In this document: piece after piece, positions 15,201 through 27,765 of the stretch
Layout of the letters: each line of letters begins with the position of its first letter
How positions within the stretch are numbered: position 1 is the first letter of the stretch
Made by a program: the position numbers and the translations under genes
Source: Botryllus schlosseri
Lineage: Eukaryota
Reading direction: 5' to 3'
Length of the DNA stretch: 64,000 nt
NCBI GenBank assembly: GCA_051294905.1
Contig: CM119378.1
Location: 2,916,001-2,980,000 of the forward strand
The notes under the pieces: model-generated
What the model was told of the DNA's origin: nothing
The model's input: only the letters and a program-made list of their open reading frames with translations
Database searches by the model: none

Positions 15201-18200
15201 TCACAAAAACCTACAACTACCACAATACACATCTAATGCATTACTATAGATTACTGATGCACGATATGAGCTGCGAATCGACATAGCGTAAAAAGAACAA
15301 AAGCATTAAAACATGATTTCCACACAAAACGAAAAAATTATAATGAATTATCTAACACATATCAGCGCGACTTCTGATCTTCTCTTTCAGATACTAGTTC
15401 AGAAATGTGAAAGTTCACCCTGGAAATTGTCATGTTCTTCGGGGGGAATCGCAACAGCGTGATACCAATCGCTTAATTGCAAATGAGCTTATAAATATTG
15501 GAGATAGAATTGGCATTTCGGAAGGATCTCGAATTCCAACCTCCCCTGTGTACGCCATTGCACACGACATACCACCGCAACTGTCCCATTTCCACTATTG
15601 ATCAGGCTTAATTACCTGCAACCAATGATGACCAAGACAGCCGTATGATCATAAATTCCATATTGATGAGGCGAGGAGGGGTCTTCCCCTCCAGGGAGCC
15701 CCCGAGACTGGCTCAGACAACCCCCGGGGCTACCAGGAACATCAGTCATTAGCCACTGGTGATTAATTGATGGCTGATGCGTTAACGATTAAAATGACTT
15801 CATATATATAGAGCCTACTCTTTAAAAAACGCTCACCTTGACAAGTTTCCAATTTGACGCATCCGTTAGCAAAATCATCATGTTGAGGCAAACGTTGATC
15901 ATTCGCGCACTGTGATGTTCCCGGGGCTAGGATTCGAAAAGACTGTCACTCACTATCAAGATATTTATCATTTTATTATTATTCACAAAAATAAAGTTGA
16001 AGAACTTCGATGAACAGTTGAATAGTATACTCATACTGAAATAAATCCGAATATTTTTGAAATTTCATTCCAGTGACGTCATATATGGTGATACAAACGT
16101 AGAGCCTCTCTGAGGTACAGATTCTTCAATATACAATTGGATAGTATATTCATATTGAAATGAACCCGAATATTTTCGGCTGACAATCGCCAGGGGTAAT
16201 CATCAGCAACTAGTAGAGAATTGGAAAGAACATTGTATATCAACAATCGTATCTCGAAATATGATGCCACCGGAATTAAATTTCAAAAATATTCGGGTTC
16301 ATTTCAGTATGAATATACTATTCAATTGCTGGTGACGACATATTTTGAGATACGATTGTTGATAAACAATGTTGTTTCTGATTCTCTACTAGTTGCTGAC
16401 GATTACCCGTGATGAGAGTCAGTCGAAAATATTTGGGCTCGTTTCAATATGAATATACTATTCCGGTGATATAATTGTTGATGTACAACGTTCTTTCAAA
16501 TTCTCTACTAGTTGCTGACGACTACCCATGACGAGTGTCAGCCGAAAATATCCGGGTTCATTTCAGCATGAATATACTATTCAAAAATAAAGTTACATAC
16601 ATTTAGAATTCCTAAGTATTTACAGCAGATCCTCAGCAGTCGTTTAACTTGCTGAATCCACGTAACCGCATACTGTTTGTTTACACACAGGCTGCAGTAG
16701 GAGTTCTTGAAGAAAAAAGTGTGGTAATACACGGCTAATTTAACATGTCGCATACTTGATTACCTTGACGGATTTGTCCGCGTTACAGTTCAGCAAAATT
16801 AACCTGCAGAGTTTATCATACCTCCATATATCTTGTTGCAATCGGATGGAAAACAACAGTTTTCTAGTGACAGTCAATAGCTCAACTCCACTTAATAACT
16901 TTTCTGGAGTTGTAGAGACGGTATTTTCCATTGCGTCCTTGTCGTGTGCATTTCCAACTGTGCCAGGCCTATCTTTTCCTTTGTTCTGGGCTTGAAGATG
17001 CGTTTCCGCAGAAGAATTCGAAGTATTTTGAGATGCCGAGATCGTTTGGTTTTGCTTCGATTTCAAGGATAATTTGGAGTACGTCCCAGTCAGTTTAGCA
17101 GTGGAAAAAGATTGGATTCCCCATTCCGGGTTGCTTTGAAGGTTTTTAACTGCCCCGCCATATGATGTAGATGCTTTTATTGTTTTGTCATCTATACAGA
17201 ATGAAAGCATTTTCAATATTACCGCTTCATCCTTCAAGAGCGTGAGCTAGTATTATCGATCCATAAGTGATCCAAAATCGAGTAACTGAGCGACTCCATT
17301 CTGAATGGAGTATTACTCTTCTTGTCGAGCATAACTCATTATAATTACACAGCAGTATGAATGATTTAGAAAGCTCAAATATGTACCTTTTACATGAACA
17401 CAAATAATTTAACCGCAGTTCAACTAAACACCATATAAGATAATTTGGAATTTTTCTGGCAATGCCTGATATGATATTTCTACTAAGGAAGGCAGCTTTG
17501 TAGTATATGTTTCATATGTTGCAATTGCAATACAATCAATCGCAAAGAACAGCCTTCGAGATATCAAAATATTATCAAAACTATAATTCTCATTGATAAA
17601 ACGACTCTTAGTGGCAACCAGAGGTGGTCAATGTAGTTAAGAAAGCTACTCAAGTAGAAGTAGAAACGTAAAAATCTACTCAAGTACGAGTAGAAGTACC
17701 TCTTTCATAAGCAACCTAAAACTACTCGAAGTACAAGTAGAATTGACTGACTTTAAATCTACTCAAGTAAGTAAGTTGTTGTGAAAACGGTCGAAATTCG
17801 TTCGTATGGACTGCAAATTGAGCAAATTGAGCTGCAAATTGAGCTATGCGTAAGGTGCAGAGTTTCATTCACATTGATGTATACCGGCAGGTATCCAATT
17901 TTCGACAGCATACACATGGGATTAAAATGATAGTATTGATATGGAAATGCGATACTAATCCTCTGTATATACTCGAAGAGCCCGTTTTACAAAATGTCAT
18001 GGTATGGCGCCCTCCACCATATTATAAGGTCCGTAGTTTGGTCGAAGAGTAATACGGAGAAGTTATATTGGATATGGTGTAAATATTTTGCACGATTAGT
18101 AAACGTTAATAAAAAATATCGTGGATCGTAAAAATGCCTTATTGTGTAGCTTCATTTCCGGAAATTAAAGACATTACTGCACTTGCTTTTGTACTTCAAC

Positions 18201-19339
18201 ATGCATGTTCTCCAGACAAAAGAACTGAAACTAATGAGATCTCAAATCATGACACTGGGAATTGAAAGTGAAATATAAATACTACTTGTAAAAGTGGAAT
18301 GTATTTCATGTCTTTATTCCAGAAAGGTGGTATGCTAAAACAGGTCCCACGCTAAAAAAAAGGTCAGAGTCTACTTTTCCAAATTAGGACACGCCATGGA
18401 CTGCTAGATCACAATATAAGTAAGTGCTAGATTGCGAAACATCAGTTTCAAACGTTATGATCTGGGATATACACTGTGATGAATTATTTCATATGAGCGA
18501 AAATGCGGTGTGAACGGAACCATGCAACACACTACCTAAATTATATTCACCGATACGTTCGTGAAATCATATTGACTGTGCGCTTAGCGCGCCGAAAATT
18601 CTGGGCTCTACTCAGTATTTATGAAAATTAAATGTTGATACTCCATGAAAGCAGCCCCAAATTCATCAGCCTATCTTCCTGATTGGAGGATTAAACTACT
18701 TCTACTTGACAAACTGAAAATAACAAAACGATCACAAAATATTACGAAGTAGAAGAAGCGGGAAATGAGATCTCTTTCAGTAAGTACCCAAGTAGCAGAA
18801 AACTATTTAGAATGCTTTAAAAAAGTAGAAGCACTTCGTTACTGACCACCTCTGGTGGCAACTACTGGCATGGAGAGCGAAAAATTTCAGTACTAAAAAA
18901 ATCATCTTCCACTGCACGACTCGAATCATTATAGAATTAATACTCGATTCAGAAAAGAGTTAGCAGAGCAGCAAGTATCCAGCACCTTCTAGCATTTTTG
19001 TAGATCCAGTGGTATCTTTATAGTCAATAATTTCATCAATTTCCGATGTCCATTCGCGACGAAGCCTTTGCCTGCGATAGAATCAGCTTTATCACTTCAC
19101 AAGGAATCTACTAAGTCTAGGTTAATTTCTGTTTTTAATTAACATTCAGTTTTTGTTGACATCAACTTTGTGAATACTGCTGTAATGTGCAAATATACCC
19201 ACCTTGACAGAAATCCTCTGACGTATGCTTGTATTTTTAATAATGACGATTCCATTTTCTTTAGGCGAGCCCTTTCTTCTCTGGCTTGTCGGGCATTTTT
19301 GACCAGCTTGGTAGATCCTTCTGCAGTTGATCCAAACAT
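219..19339 (-). CDS. UBE3B: Ubiquitin-protein ligase E3B-like HECT E3 (N-terminal IQ motif, C-terminal HECT), 24 coding exons, ~1179 aa
   Basis: Manually spliced GT-AG exons with consistent phases (minus strand): 19339-19203, 19071-18986, 17191-16764, 16705-16601, 15926-15837, 14594-14422, 13635-13530, 12951-12745, 12680-12571, 12165-11996, 11303-11121, 10096-9925, 9150-9029, 8613-8502, 8441-8293, 7594-7500, 7073-6942, 6834-6781, 5789-5656, 4968-4783, 4118-3936, 2715-2536, 1330-1272, 385-219 (sum 3540 nt, open to TAA). Motifs: ARQAREER...[11 protein letters not shown] (IQ), [54 protein letters not shown], and the catalytic [17 protein letters not shown]...GFELS*. These match UBE3B as I recall it. 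Confidence 0.95.
5890..6772. mobile_element. Non-autonomous Tc1/mariner (pogo/Tigger-like) MITE in a UBE3B intron
   Basis: Ends are CCGTAATTTTCC...GGAAAATTACGG with a right flank TA (left TG). The subterminal motif CCCATGTATAATACGCACC is repeated. GC-richer than the flanks; no transposase ORF. Confidence 0.75.
9357..9745. mobile_element. Tc1/mariner-like MITE; related fragments at ~2020-2330, ~10780-11010, ~12270-12520
   Basis: TA|CAGGAGTTGTT...AACAACCCTCCTG|TA. The internal motif AAATTTGG(T/C)T(C/T)AATTCCA is shared with the other listed segments. Confidence 0.6.
10303..10698. mobile_element. hAT-like MITE, GACTCGAGTC-rich family (TIR CAGGGTTGTAA)
   Basis: CAGGGTTGTAA...TTACAACCCTG; flanks CTTTGTGC/CTTTAAGC (degenerate 8-bp TSD); dense GACTCGAGTC palindromes. 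Confidence 0.85.
11541..11960. mobile_element. Truncated copy of the GACTCGAGTC-rich hAT-like MITE
   Basis: Starts CAGGGTCGCAACCAAGTCAC like the 10303 copy; right TIR not found. Confidence 0.7.
14673..15104. mobile_element. hAT-like MITE, GACTCGAGTC-rich family
   Basis: CAGGGTTGTAA...TTACAACCATG with a perfect 8-bp TSD TTTGAACG. Confidence 0.9.
16020..16585. repeat. Cluster of direct and inverted copies of a ~120-180 bp interspersed repeat; other copies at ~3500, ~7120, ~7925, ~13050-13360, ~47365, ~55165
   Basis: Core GAATATTTTCGGCTGACACTCGTCAGGGGTAATCGTCAGCAACTAGTAGAGAATTGG recurs on both strands. Confidence 0.8.
17619..18854. mobile_element. Non-autonomous hAT-like element (TIR CAGAGGTGGTCA, AGTAG-rich ends) nested in an older TCGA-rich MITE (~17270-18955)
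   Basis: CAGAGGTGGTCA...TGACCACCTCTG with a perfect 8-bp TSD GTGGCAAC. The flanks join into a decayed copy of the TAGGGCTGGGCA family. A related copy lies at 43295-44541. Confidence 0.9.
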
Positions 19340-20492
19340 TTTCCGATAAATTGAATACACTTATGAGAGGAGGAGCACTCAAAGGAAAGCCAAGACGGCT
19401 GGATCCCGGCAGTTTACTTTCTCTCTCCCCTAGAAACACTTCCTAGAGTTGCTAATCACATAAAGTCTGCCGAATAGGCGAATAACAGCCACTGATTCTG
19501 ATAGAAGTAGAAAGTGTCCACCTGCCAAATATGAATTACGGGGAAAATAGCTTGAAAACGCACCAAAACAACTTGAGTAAAAGTACTAAACACAATCAAA
19601 GTGAAGTTATTACTTAATAGGTAAATAACATGTACGGTGCACGCGACTAACTACGTGCGTATATTTTCACAAAACTTTTCATAACATTAGGTCGTGGATA
19701 CCTACTAAAGGGAGTAAGTAGTAAACTCGTCGGACAGATCACCAAGCACCATACTGCAAAAACAACGGCATATCCGAAGTTGAAGAGACTGTTGTGAGTG
19801 TTGTTGGGGCTACATAACTTCAGTAATTTTTTGCTGCATACATTCAAATATGCTGCATAACTTTGAAATCGTTCTGATAAGCTTGAAACAGGTTACCGAT
19901 TGCAATACATGTTGAATATTTATCATGGTCAATTTTCACAACAACAATATTACGACACAATTTACAATCAATCAATAATCGCCAGATTATATTTTCATAT
20001 GATCAAGGCACGCAATGCACAATCGAAAAGACACAATGCGATGTAATGCACAGATAGGAAGATGCCGAACGACCAGTTGCGGTCCCTTAAGCTCACATAA
20101 ACTGGCATCCACCTCGACCTATAGTGCCCGATGCCACAGTTCTTTTTCTATGTTAATATCTATTCTGCGGGTCTTTCTTGCTCTTTCCACTCGTTGTAGG
20201 TGCGTTCTTCCATCGGGTATTTTCTAGGCTTTTTGTCACCGCAAAAACAGCGACACGGGAAAAGAGGATCCCAGAAGAACATCCAATGAGGAATCGATAC
20301 AGGGACTCCCCGGAAGCAGGCGCTTATTGTCACCACTACGCTAACTATTCGCATCGAAATAAACACGAATATTTTCGGCTGATACTGGTGAGCAAAAAGC
20401 AATGAATTAAAGCAAATACTGAATATCCTAATTTGGACGCAAAGAATACAACTTGAACTCTTTTCCAGGACCGAAATAGCACTTCTTCAGCC

Positions 20493-21422
20493 CAGTGTTG
20501 GGATGACTCGAGTCATGACTTGACTCGAGTCAGACTCGAGTCACCTTTTTCGTATGACTTGACTTGACTCGAGTCACTTTGCTAAAATGACTTGACTTGA
20601 CTTGACTCGGCGTGTCAAAAATGTAGATTGACTCGTGACTCGAAGCAAAATTCACGAGTCAATTTCAAGTCATCAAGTAATCGGTGTCGATAAAAATCAT
20701 TGTATCTTGCATATGGTCGGATTGCTCGCGAATCGCTCGTGTAACCCGTGAGAGCGACTAATCATTCAATGATTGCGCGTTTCACTGTGCCTTCATTGTT
20801 CTTTCCCAAATAAATTGACCGCAAACGAAGTGATCGAAGCTTATAGCTTACGATCTCGTAAACTAGTATAGTAAAGTAATTTAATAGTAAAATGTATGTT
20901 TCTATTTTCTGTTCTTACCTTAACCAAACCTCTTGGTTTATTGAAATTGACTTCGAATATAGTTTCTTTATATAGTCATCAACCATTGGCGCAGGCTCGA
21001 ATGTATAGTGCATCTTATCAATTCGTTTCTCTATTCTCTATTTTGTCTGGTAACTATAAACTGAGGCTATGCAATTACTTACGTAGTTTAGCAGGTCTAC
21101 GTACATGTGAGCGATACAGCGTCTTCTTACGTGTATATTTAACTCTATATTCGTTCATTGGTTCAGAATCAATGACCACTTAATCTGTATTTCAGACAGC
21201 CAGCAAAATGCAATGACATAATCATGCCTCATACTTCGAAAAGCCAACTTGACTTGACTCGTGACTTGACTTGACTTGACTCGAGTCACCTCCAAAAATC
21301 GAGTGACTTGACTTGACTCGAGTCACCTTCGAAAATCGATCGACTTGACTTGACTCGAGTCAAAATGTGCAATGACTCGAAATGACTCGTGACTCGAAGG
21401 TAGTGACTTGATCCCAACACTG
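20493..21422. mobile_element. Non-autonomous hAT-like element (TIR CAGTGTTGGGAT, GACTT/GACTCGAGTC subterminal arrays)
   Basis: CAGTGTTGGGAT...ATCCCAACACTG with a perfect 8-bp TSD CTTCAGCC. Confidence 0.92.
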
Positions 21423-21921
21423 CTTCAGCCCGCCTAACAACATTTGTTTTGGGCCGCCTAAAGGGTGATTTACCAGCCCCCGTTCTATGACGAGACAATG
21501 GCCTTAGAACGAGCAGTAAGCACGTATATTGACGTGCCTTCACCTGTAATTCGCACTGCGCGAATTTTTTTCAAATTTATAGGTTAATAGACTATCGTCA
21601 ATAATATTGACAATTGGATGTAGGCCTATTACCATTGATTTTTGATATCCCAACGGTCTCAAGCGATATTGGTAATACCAGTTTATCGGTTCTGCTCATG
21701 TCCACTTGTCAATAATATTCATACGTTTCCTTCGTCGAACTTTGTGTCCAAAATACACATTTATTATTTAGCAAATATATTTTTCAACGAATTATGCATG
21801 ATCATGATCATCCAATTTGAGATACGGCCAATCGGCCATGTCTAACTGCGGCATCGCTACCAAATTTGGACATTTTCAAACGTCGAGGGATGCCATGTAG
21901 CCTACTCTGCTATGCATATCA

Positions 21922-22272
21922 TAGGGTTACCATATTTTCGTAATCTGAAAAGTGGCGACTTCTTCAAAATTTTCAGACTTACGATGATGGAGTAAATTCC
22001 CAAAAAATGGTCAATTTTTCCCGATTTTGTGGTTGGTAATTGACTGGAAAAAAATTAACTTTTTCGGCTCAAGTCCGGATAAGCACGTCGGACCGTTACT
22101 TGGCCGCTGATTTCCATTATCTCAATCAAATTTCCACGTACATTTAACCAAAATTGCTAGAAAAGAGGACAAATTCTCAAAAAAGAAAACATTTAGGCGT
22201 CCTCCGATGACACTTTCAAAAAAGTCAAAAATGAGGACAAATTCCCTTAACAGAGGACGTATGGTAACCCTA
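21922..22272. mobile_element. hAT-like MITE (TIR TAGGGTTACCATA)
   Basis: TAGGGTTACCATA...TATGGTAACCCTA with a perfect TSD GCATATCA. Confidence 0.92.
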
Positions 22273-22725
22273 GCATATCATAATTCAGGCAGGACCGCAA
22301 CCGCCACCCCCCCCCCCCCCCCATCGATTGGGGGAGCGAGCTCGAAGCGGGTCTAAAATTATTTTGTGAATTAACATAAATTATAGATTCTTTTTCAGAA
22401 ATTTGTTCTACTTTTCAATTTTTTTTTGATTTCATATTGCAAAATATATTGAGTATAGAGTACCCTTCCCCAAGAAGTTAAATGCACGATTTAGAGAAAT
22501 GGGTATTTCGGCGTCGACCATTACCGCGCCACGAAGCACCAAAGACATATGAAGTTTTAGAGGTCATGTATAGCGACTCCAAGCAGTGTGCCGGAACGAT
22601 AGACAGCGAGAAAACTTTGTCCGAAAATGACTGCCTTTATGCTGACCGAATACTTCGATATATATATATTATATACATTATGCAATATACATACATGTAT
22701 GTTAAATTGTCCATAGGCGCTAAAT

Positions 22726-23071
22726 TAGGCTTACCATATTTTGGAAATCTAAAAAGAGGACACTTTTTCAGAAATTTGAGGCTTGCAAAACCGGAGAAGA
22801 ATTCTCAAAAATCGGTGAATTTTTCCCACTTTGTGATCGGTTGACTAAAAAAAGGTCAATTTTTCGCTCAGACCTCAAATCACCGTTTTTCACTCCGAAA
22901 TAACCGCCGGAGCGTCACTTCTGTGCTAATTTACGGCATATCACTCGCATTTTTCTCTAAATGTGACCTAAATTTTCAAAAAAGAAGGCAAAAGGGCGTC
23001 CTCCGAGGACACTTTCAAAAAAGTCAAAAAAGAGGACTAATCCTCTTAAAAGAGGACGTATGGTAACCCTA
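22726..23071. mobile_element. hAT-like MITE (TAGGGTTACCATA family)
   Basis: TAGGCTTACCATA...TATGGTAACCCTA with a perfect TSD CGCTAAAT. Confidence 0.92.
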
Positions 23072-26061
23072 CGCTAAATAACTGGCGCCGAATGTTCCTG
23101 TCCTGGCAATCGGAACTCCACAAGACAAATGCCATCCCGCAGCGAAAAATTGTTTGCTAGTGATGAAATAGACTACTTCGAAATCGTTTACGTCTTTTAG
23201 TTTAGTACGTTTGGGCCATTTCAATATGTGTGACATAACAGACAGGAGCGCACGAAATAAAATCACCTAACGAAGTCATTTTAATCAACGGATCCGCCAG
23301 AAGCTGTTTAATTATTATTTACGGGCCCTTCATTTTTTCAAGACACCTCACTCGGCTCTGCCAGTAAATCTGATTACGTGAGCAGAGAGAGGATAACAAT
23401 TGATAGCAATATGCAATTCCCGATCACGTTGGCCGAATCAATGCAGGCCATATAACCAGGCTCGCTAAACAGTATAATAGATCTCGCTGTTAAGTAGCGG
23501 CCAAATTGTACAGCCTGATGGGGGGTGTTGGGAGCGAAGCCCCCCACGAAATTTGGTTTATCACCCTACGGAGGGCCCGAGACCAACGTTTTGGCAGGGC
23601 TGACGAAGTGCTGTTTCAGCCTTCATTTCGACGCTTCCTTTTATGTTATCCTTTCTCAAATCCAGTATACACGCCTCTTACTTACATGCTGTAGGCCAAA
23701 GTGCCAAAGTGGGTGCCTGATTAAAAGACTACTCCAAGTCGTTTCGGCACTTTCCCATATTTTCATTATATCACAATCTTGTGATTTGAAATAAATTTAT
23801 AAAATGATCATGGTTACGCAATTGCAAAAAATGATGCAATATTCTTCTTCTGAATAGTATAAAACGAAGCATCCCCAGTCCCCACCATTGGCGAAATGAC
23901 AAAGTTTGAATAGACTATACCTATTTCAAAAAATTATTAGCGCATATAATGTAGTGGTGAGCTTCGACGCCACTTACGGGCGACCCGGATTCCTGCGCCC
24001 AGCCATCAGAAATTAATCTGGGCTCTTGTTCCCGATGTCGCTGTTCTTAAGCCCAGAAAAAGACCCGATGAAGGGCGAAAAAGGAAAAGGACTACCGACT
24101 AAATATTAACATCGAAATGATTGTGACACTGGGCATTATAGGCCGAGGTGGATGCCGTTATAATGCTTACATTGCATTGTGACTTTTGTATAGGATTGTA
24201 CATTGCGTGTGTCTTGCTCGAATAAAATAAAATCTGACCTTTATTATTTTATTATAATCCTTCACATAGTGATGACTCTGGTGTGCTACGTTTATTAGGC
24301 AGCGGCAGTTGAAAAAAAAGACAGTTTGAACAGAAAAAACTATTATGTAGAGAATTATAATATTTCTTGTCAAAGCTATGGAGAGTCGTAGCTGGGGCAT
24401 GAAATAGCCATCATGCGGTTATACGGATGAGTCGCGCGTTACCGACGAATGGATGCTGTCAAATCGAAATCATAATTTACGCGTAGTGGTATCGGTTACA
24501 TTTGAGCATATCTTGTGTCCAGCTATGACCAGTATAACGAATCACTTCTCTTTTGCAGGTGTACTCAAGTATAGGTTTGTCCTAAATTTAAATATATGAT
24601 GTTTGAGACTAATTCTATTTCCACCAATCAGTTTTGGAAGCAAATCTGCTTTCTTTTTGCACTTTCGGCTTTATAAAGTACAATATATACTTCTTAGTTA
24701 TAGGTTGGCGTTGGCGCTGTGGCTTAAATTGTCACACAAAAATCGGGCGAAATATCCTCTCAGTACGGTGAAATGAACATACGAAAATTGCACCTGGCAT
24801 ATAGTTTTATTAAGACCGGAAATCAGTATGGCCGGAAATCAATATGCAATTTCACTATAGATGTTTTGAAACTGGTAATGCGCTCCATAGCGCCATATTA
24901 TCATTCTGTACGAACTATCAGTAAGCAGACCGTGAGACAAAGCCTTATCCCGTGAATTGGTTTGATAAAATTGAAGAACATTTGAACTCTGTGCACAAGT
25001 AATATTTGTTTATTAGTGCGCTATTTATAGGACATTTGAGTATCATCACAGGTGAAATGACACGTTCTCCGATCTGACGAGCGTTGCGGCGATATTCTGG
25101 CGACGCCTTATCACGAAAATATCGATGTAACGCGCACTAATGAAGATTACCGCGCCGCTACCTAACATTAAGCTGCGGCATAAAGTTGATGACAATGTAC
25201 AAAATGATTGATCATTCAATGAGACTATCGTGTTTGGATTTGAAAATACCTTGCGTGATTTACATGCTCATTTTCTATCAATTTGTGCACGACATTGGTC
25301 GGTGGTAATTTCAATTCCGACAATACATCGAAAATACATGATGTATTGGCCGACTTGAGTGAGGAATAAATTAGTCGTGTTGTTCAATGATCAAAGCGGT
25401 GCGTAACACATTAGCGACAGGCCTATATGTAATATCGGTGACACAGCTCGTTCGCAGTGATTCCGTCACGTAATTTACTTATTACTTAGCGTTTAGTTTA
25501 GTAAATAAGATCATTTATTTGGTTCTCCGAAGGACCATGCATGGTATATACGAAAATGTGAACAGTATTAGACTATTGCTGTGACCTTTTGCACAGAAAA
25601 CTCTGTTGGGTCTGCAGAGGAGGGTCGTTTTGTAATTGCATTTCCAATTGATATGAGGAAGTACAGTGTTCCTGTTCCACGAAAACAGCTTGTCTGTTCC
25701 AGGAAGTTGCCACGTTTGCATTATTACGTATTCCGCTGTCAAGTTTGATTGCTTGGCTTTCGTTGTCAATTAGAGGAGTGTATATTAGTGAATACCAGAG
25801 ACGAGCATAGATTTGGATTTAAATAGTCCAGTTAAATTCGGGTTGAACTAGAATTCTTCATGATTGTGAGTGTGGTTAGGACTCGAATCTCATGTTCGGG
25901 CTCAAGCACATCGGATATATGCCCCTAAATATTTTAATCTTAAAATTACATTCGGAACAGAACGCATTCACTCCTTCATTCCTTGATAATCGCATTACAG
26001 TTCACTGAAGGCAATGGTAAAAATTGGATTTAAAAAAAAACAATCACTAACATGATATAAG

Positions 26062-26567
26062 TAGGGCTGGGCAAAATCGAGTATCTGAGTGATTCGATTC
26101 CGAATCACGCATTATGCTTCGAGTCGAGTCGAGTATTCGAATATCGCTTATTATGACGTAATAACAGTATGTAAAAGTTCCATGTTCAAATTTGTACCCT
26201 TTACGCGCTCGAAAAGAATATAACGCCTTTTATATCCGTCACATTAGAGATTATTTGGTATTTTTCGACCATACCAGTGTCACTGCGCTTTGCGACATAT
26301 TTCGGGTTGATCATGACTTCAGAAATATGTTATTTTCAGTAATGTGAGTAGCTTTGTACTATTTGTTTCGTATGCTGCGACTCGGCCAATCAAGGTTTGC
26401 AGCCTTCCGAAGTAGAAACTAGTATCGAAACTACATAATTCTCGTTGATAAATCAACTTTCAGTGGCGTGGAGCGTATATCGCCACTATCGCGTTTTAAT
26501 ACTCGACTCGAATTAGAATTAATGCTCGATTCAGATTCGAGTACTCGAATCATTGTGCCCAGCCCTA
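26062..26567. mobile_element. hAT-like MITE (TIR TAGGGCTGGGCA, TCGA-rich)
   Basis: TAGGGCTGGGCA...TGCCCAGCCCTA; flanks GATATAAG/GATGTATG; homologous to the 31260 and 52011 copies. Confidence 0.88.
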
Positions 26568-26775
26568 GATGTATGTTGATTGATAGACAAGAAGACAACC
26601 AATAAGATATCTTAAGACTTAAGATATCTTTTCATTGTGAAGATGAAATGAATTTATTAACGATCTTCATGTTCTTCTCGCCAGCTGTTTACAGAGGTTT
26701 TCATGTACCTATCTTGACTGCATTTTTCATAAACTTTGCGGCCTGCATTGGGCTGGGAAAAGCATCTCCAGCAAC

Positions 26776-27765
26776 ATGACTGTAAATGCTAGCGATTCGC
26801 CGAACAACCACTATGGCATCGACAATCAGACAATCAATGCAGATATGGCCGTAAAGATCACGGTGGCATTGAATTACGGCCTGATTGCTGTGTCTGGTTG
26901 GATACTACTCAACATGACAGTACACGGAATCAGGGTGTACGCCAAGAAACCGTGCTGCACCGGCAGTAGGCTATTTTCGCTGTGCTACCTCGGAGTGATG
27001 CTGAACTTAGCCCGACTGGTGGTAACGATTGTGATGGCGAATCTCGGTACTGTCAATGCGTTGGATCACTGTGCAATAATGAGACGCACGGAAAACAGCC
27101 TTTCTGCCATGAACTTGGCGTTCATTTATGGACTTCTTTGGTTCCGGCAGATGTTATTCCACAGCGATAAACTCCTAAAGGGAGAAAGCTACAACAAATA
27201 CGTCTCGATTTTAAGCTGGTTTACTTTAATTATGTTGCTGTCATCGCCGATTATTATTTTATGGATAGCAGGATTTTCGGATAATGTGGGTCACGACAGC
27301 GAACACTGCGTGTATCAAATTGAACGAGAGAAATGGTTAGTTGGTGCCAGTTGGGCGGTGTTTATTTTGACGATAATGATACAGTCTTGCCTTTTATTCT
27401 TGTTAATATTTCCTATGGTGTACATGAGGGTCAAAAGTAGAATATTCATCCATAGCTCTGGCCGAAAAGACAAACTGCTTATAACTATAAGACGCTGCAT
27501 CATTTGTGGCGTTGTAGCTGTTATCACAGATATAGCATTTTTATTATTACTCGGTTTCTTACCTCGACCTCCGGGATATCCGGTGATTGTTGGGGACACA
27601 ATGGTTAATGTAAATTTGGTGATTAACGATTTCTGTGTGATTGCAACCTTTAACAAAGCCCCTCATATATTTACCGGCGTTTTCTACAAACTGAGAATGA
27701 GAGCAAAGGCAAAACAAGCCGCTTCCAAAGTCTGGGACCTGCGGACATCCACAAACGATTTGTGA
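26776..27765 (+). CDS. Intronless orphan seven-transmembrane (GPCR-like) receptor, 329 aa
   Basis: Single ORF with seven hydrophobic segments, N-terminal NxS/T sites (NAS, NQT), Cys at the top of TM3 and in ECL2, and a basic C-tail. No DRY or NPxxY motif. AATAAA downstream at ~28219 and ~28317. Confidence 0.85.
   Translation: MTVNASDSPNNHYGIDNQTINADMAVKITVALNYGLIAVSGWILLNMTVHGIRVYAKKPCCTGSRLFSLCYLGVMLNLARLVVTIVMANLGTVNALDHCAIMRRTENSLSAMNLAFIYGLLWFRQMLFHSDKLLKGESYNKYVSILSWFTLIMLLSSPIIILWIAGFSDNVGHDSEHCVYQIEREKWLVGASWAVFILTIMIQSCLLFLLIFPMVYMRVKSRIFIHSSGRKDKLLITIRRCIICGVVAVITDIAFLLLLGFLPRPPGYPVIVGDTMVNVNLVINDFCVIATFNKAPHIFTGVFYKLRMRAKAKQAASKVWDLRTSTNDL

Noticed and set aside
20160..20405. Small ORFs upstream of UBE3B
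   Set aside because: The reading frame is not preserved in the homologous copy at 23950-24236.
20493..21422. CRISPR-like palindromic repeat arrays (also 10300-12000 and the GATTAC arrays)
   Set aside because: No regular repeat-spacer periodicity, eukaryotic context, and the arrays are bounded by TIRs and TSDs.
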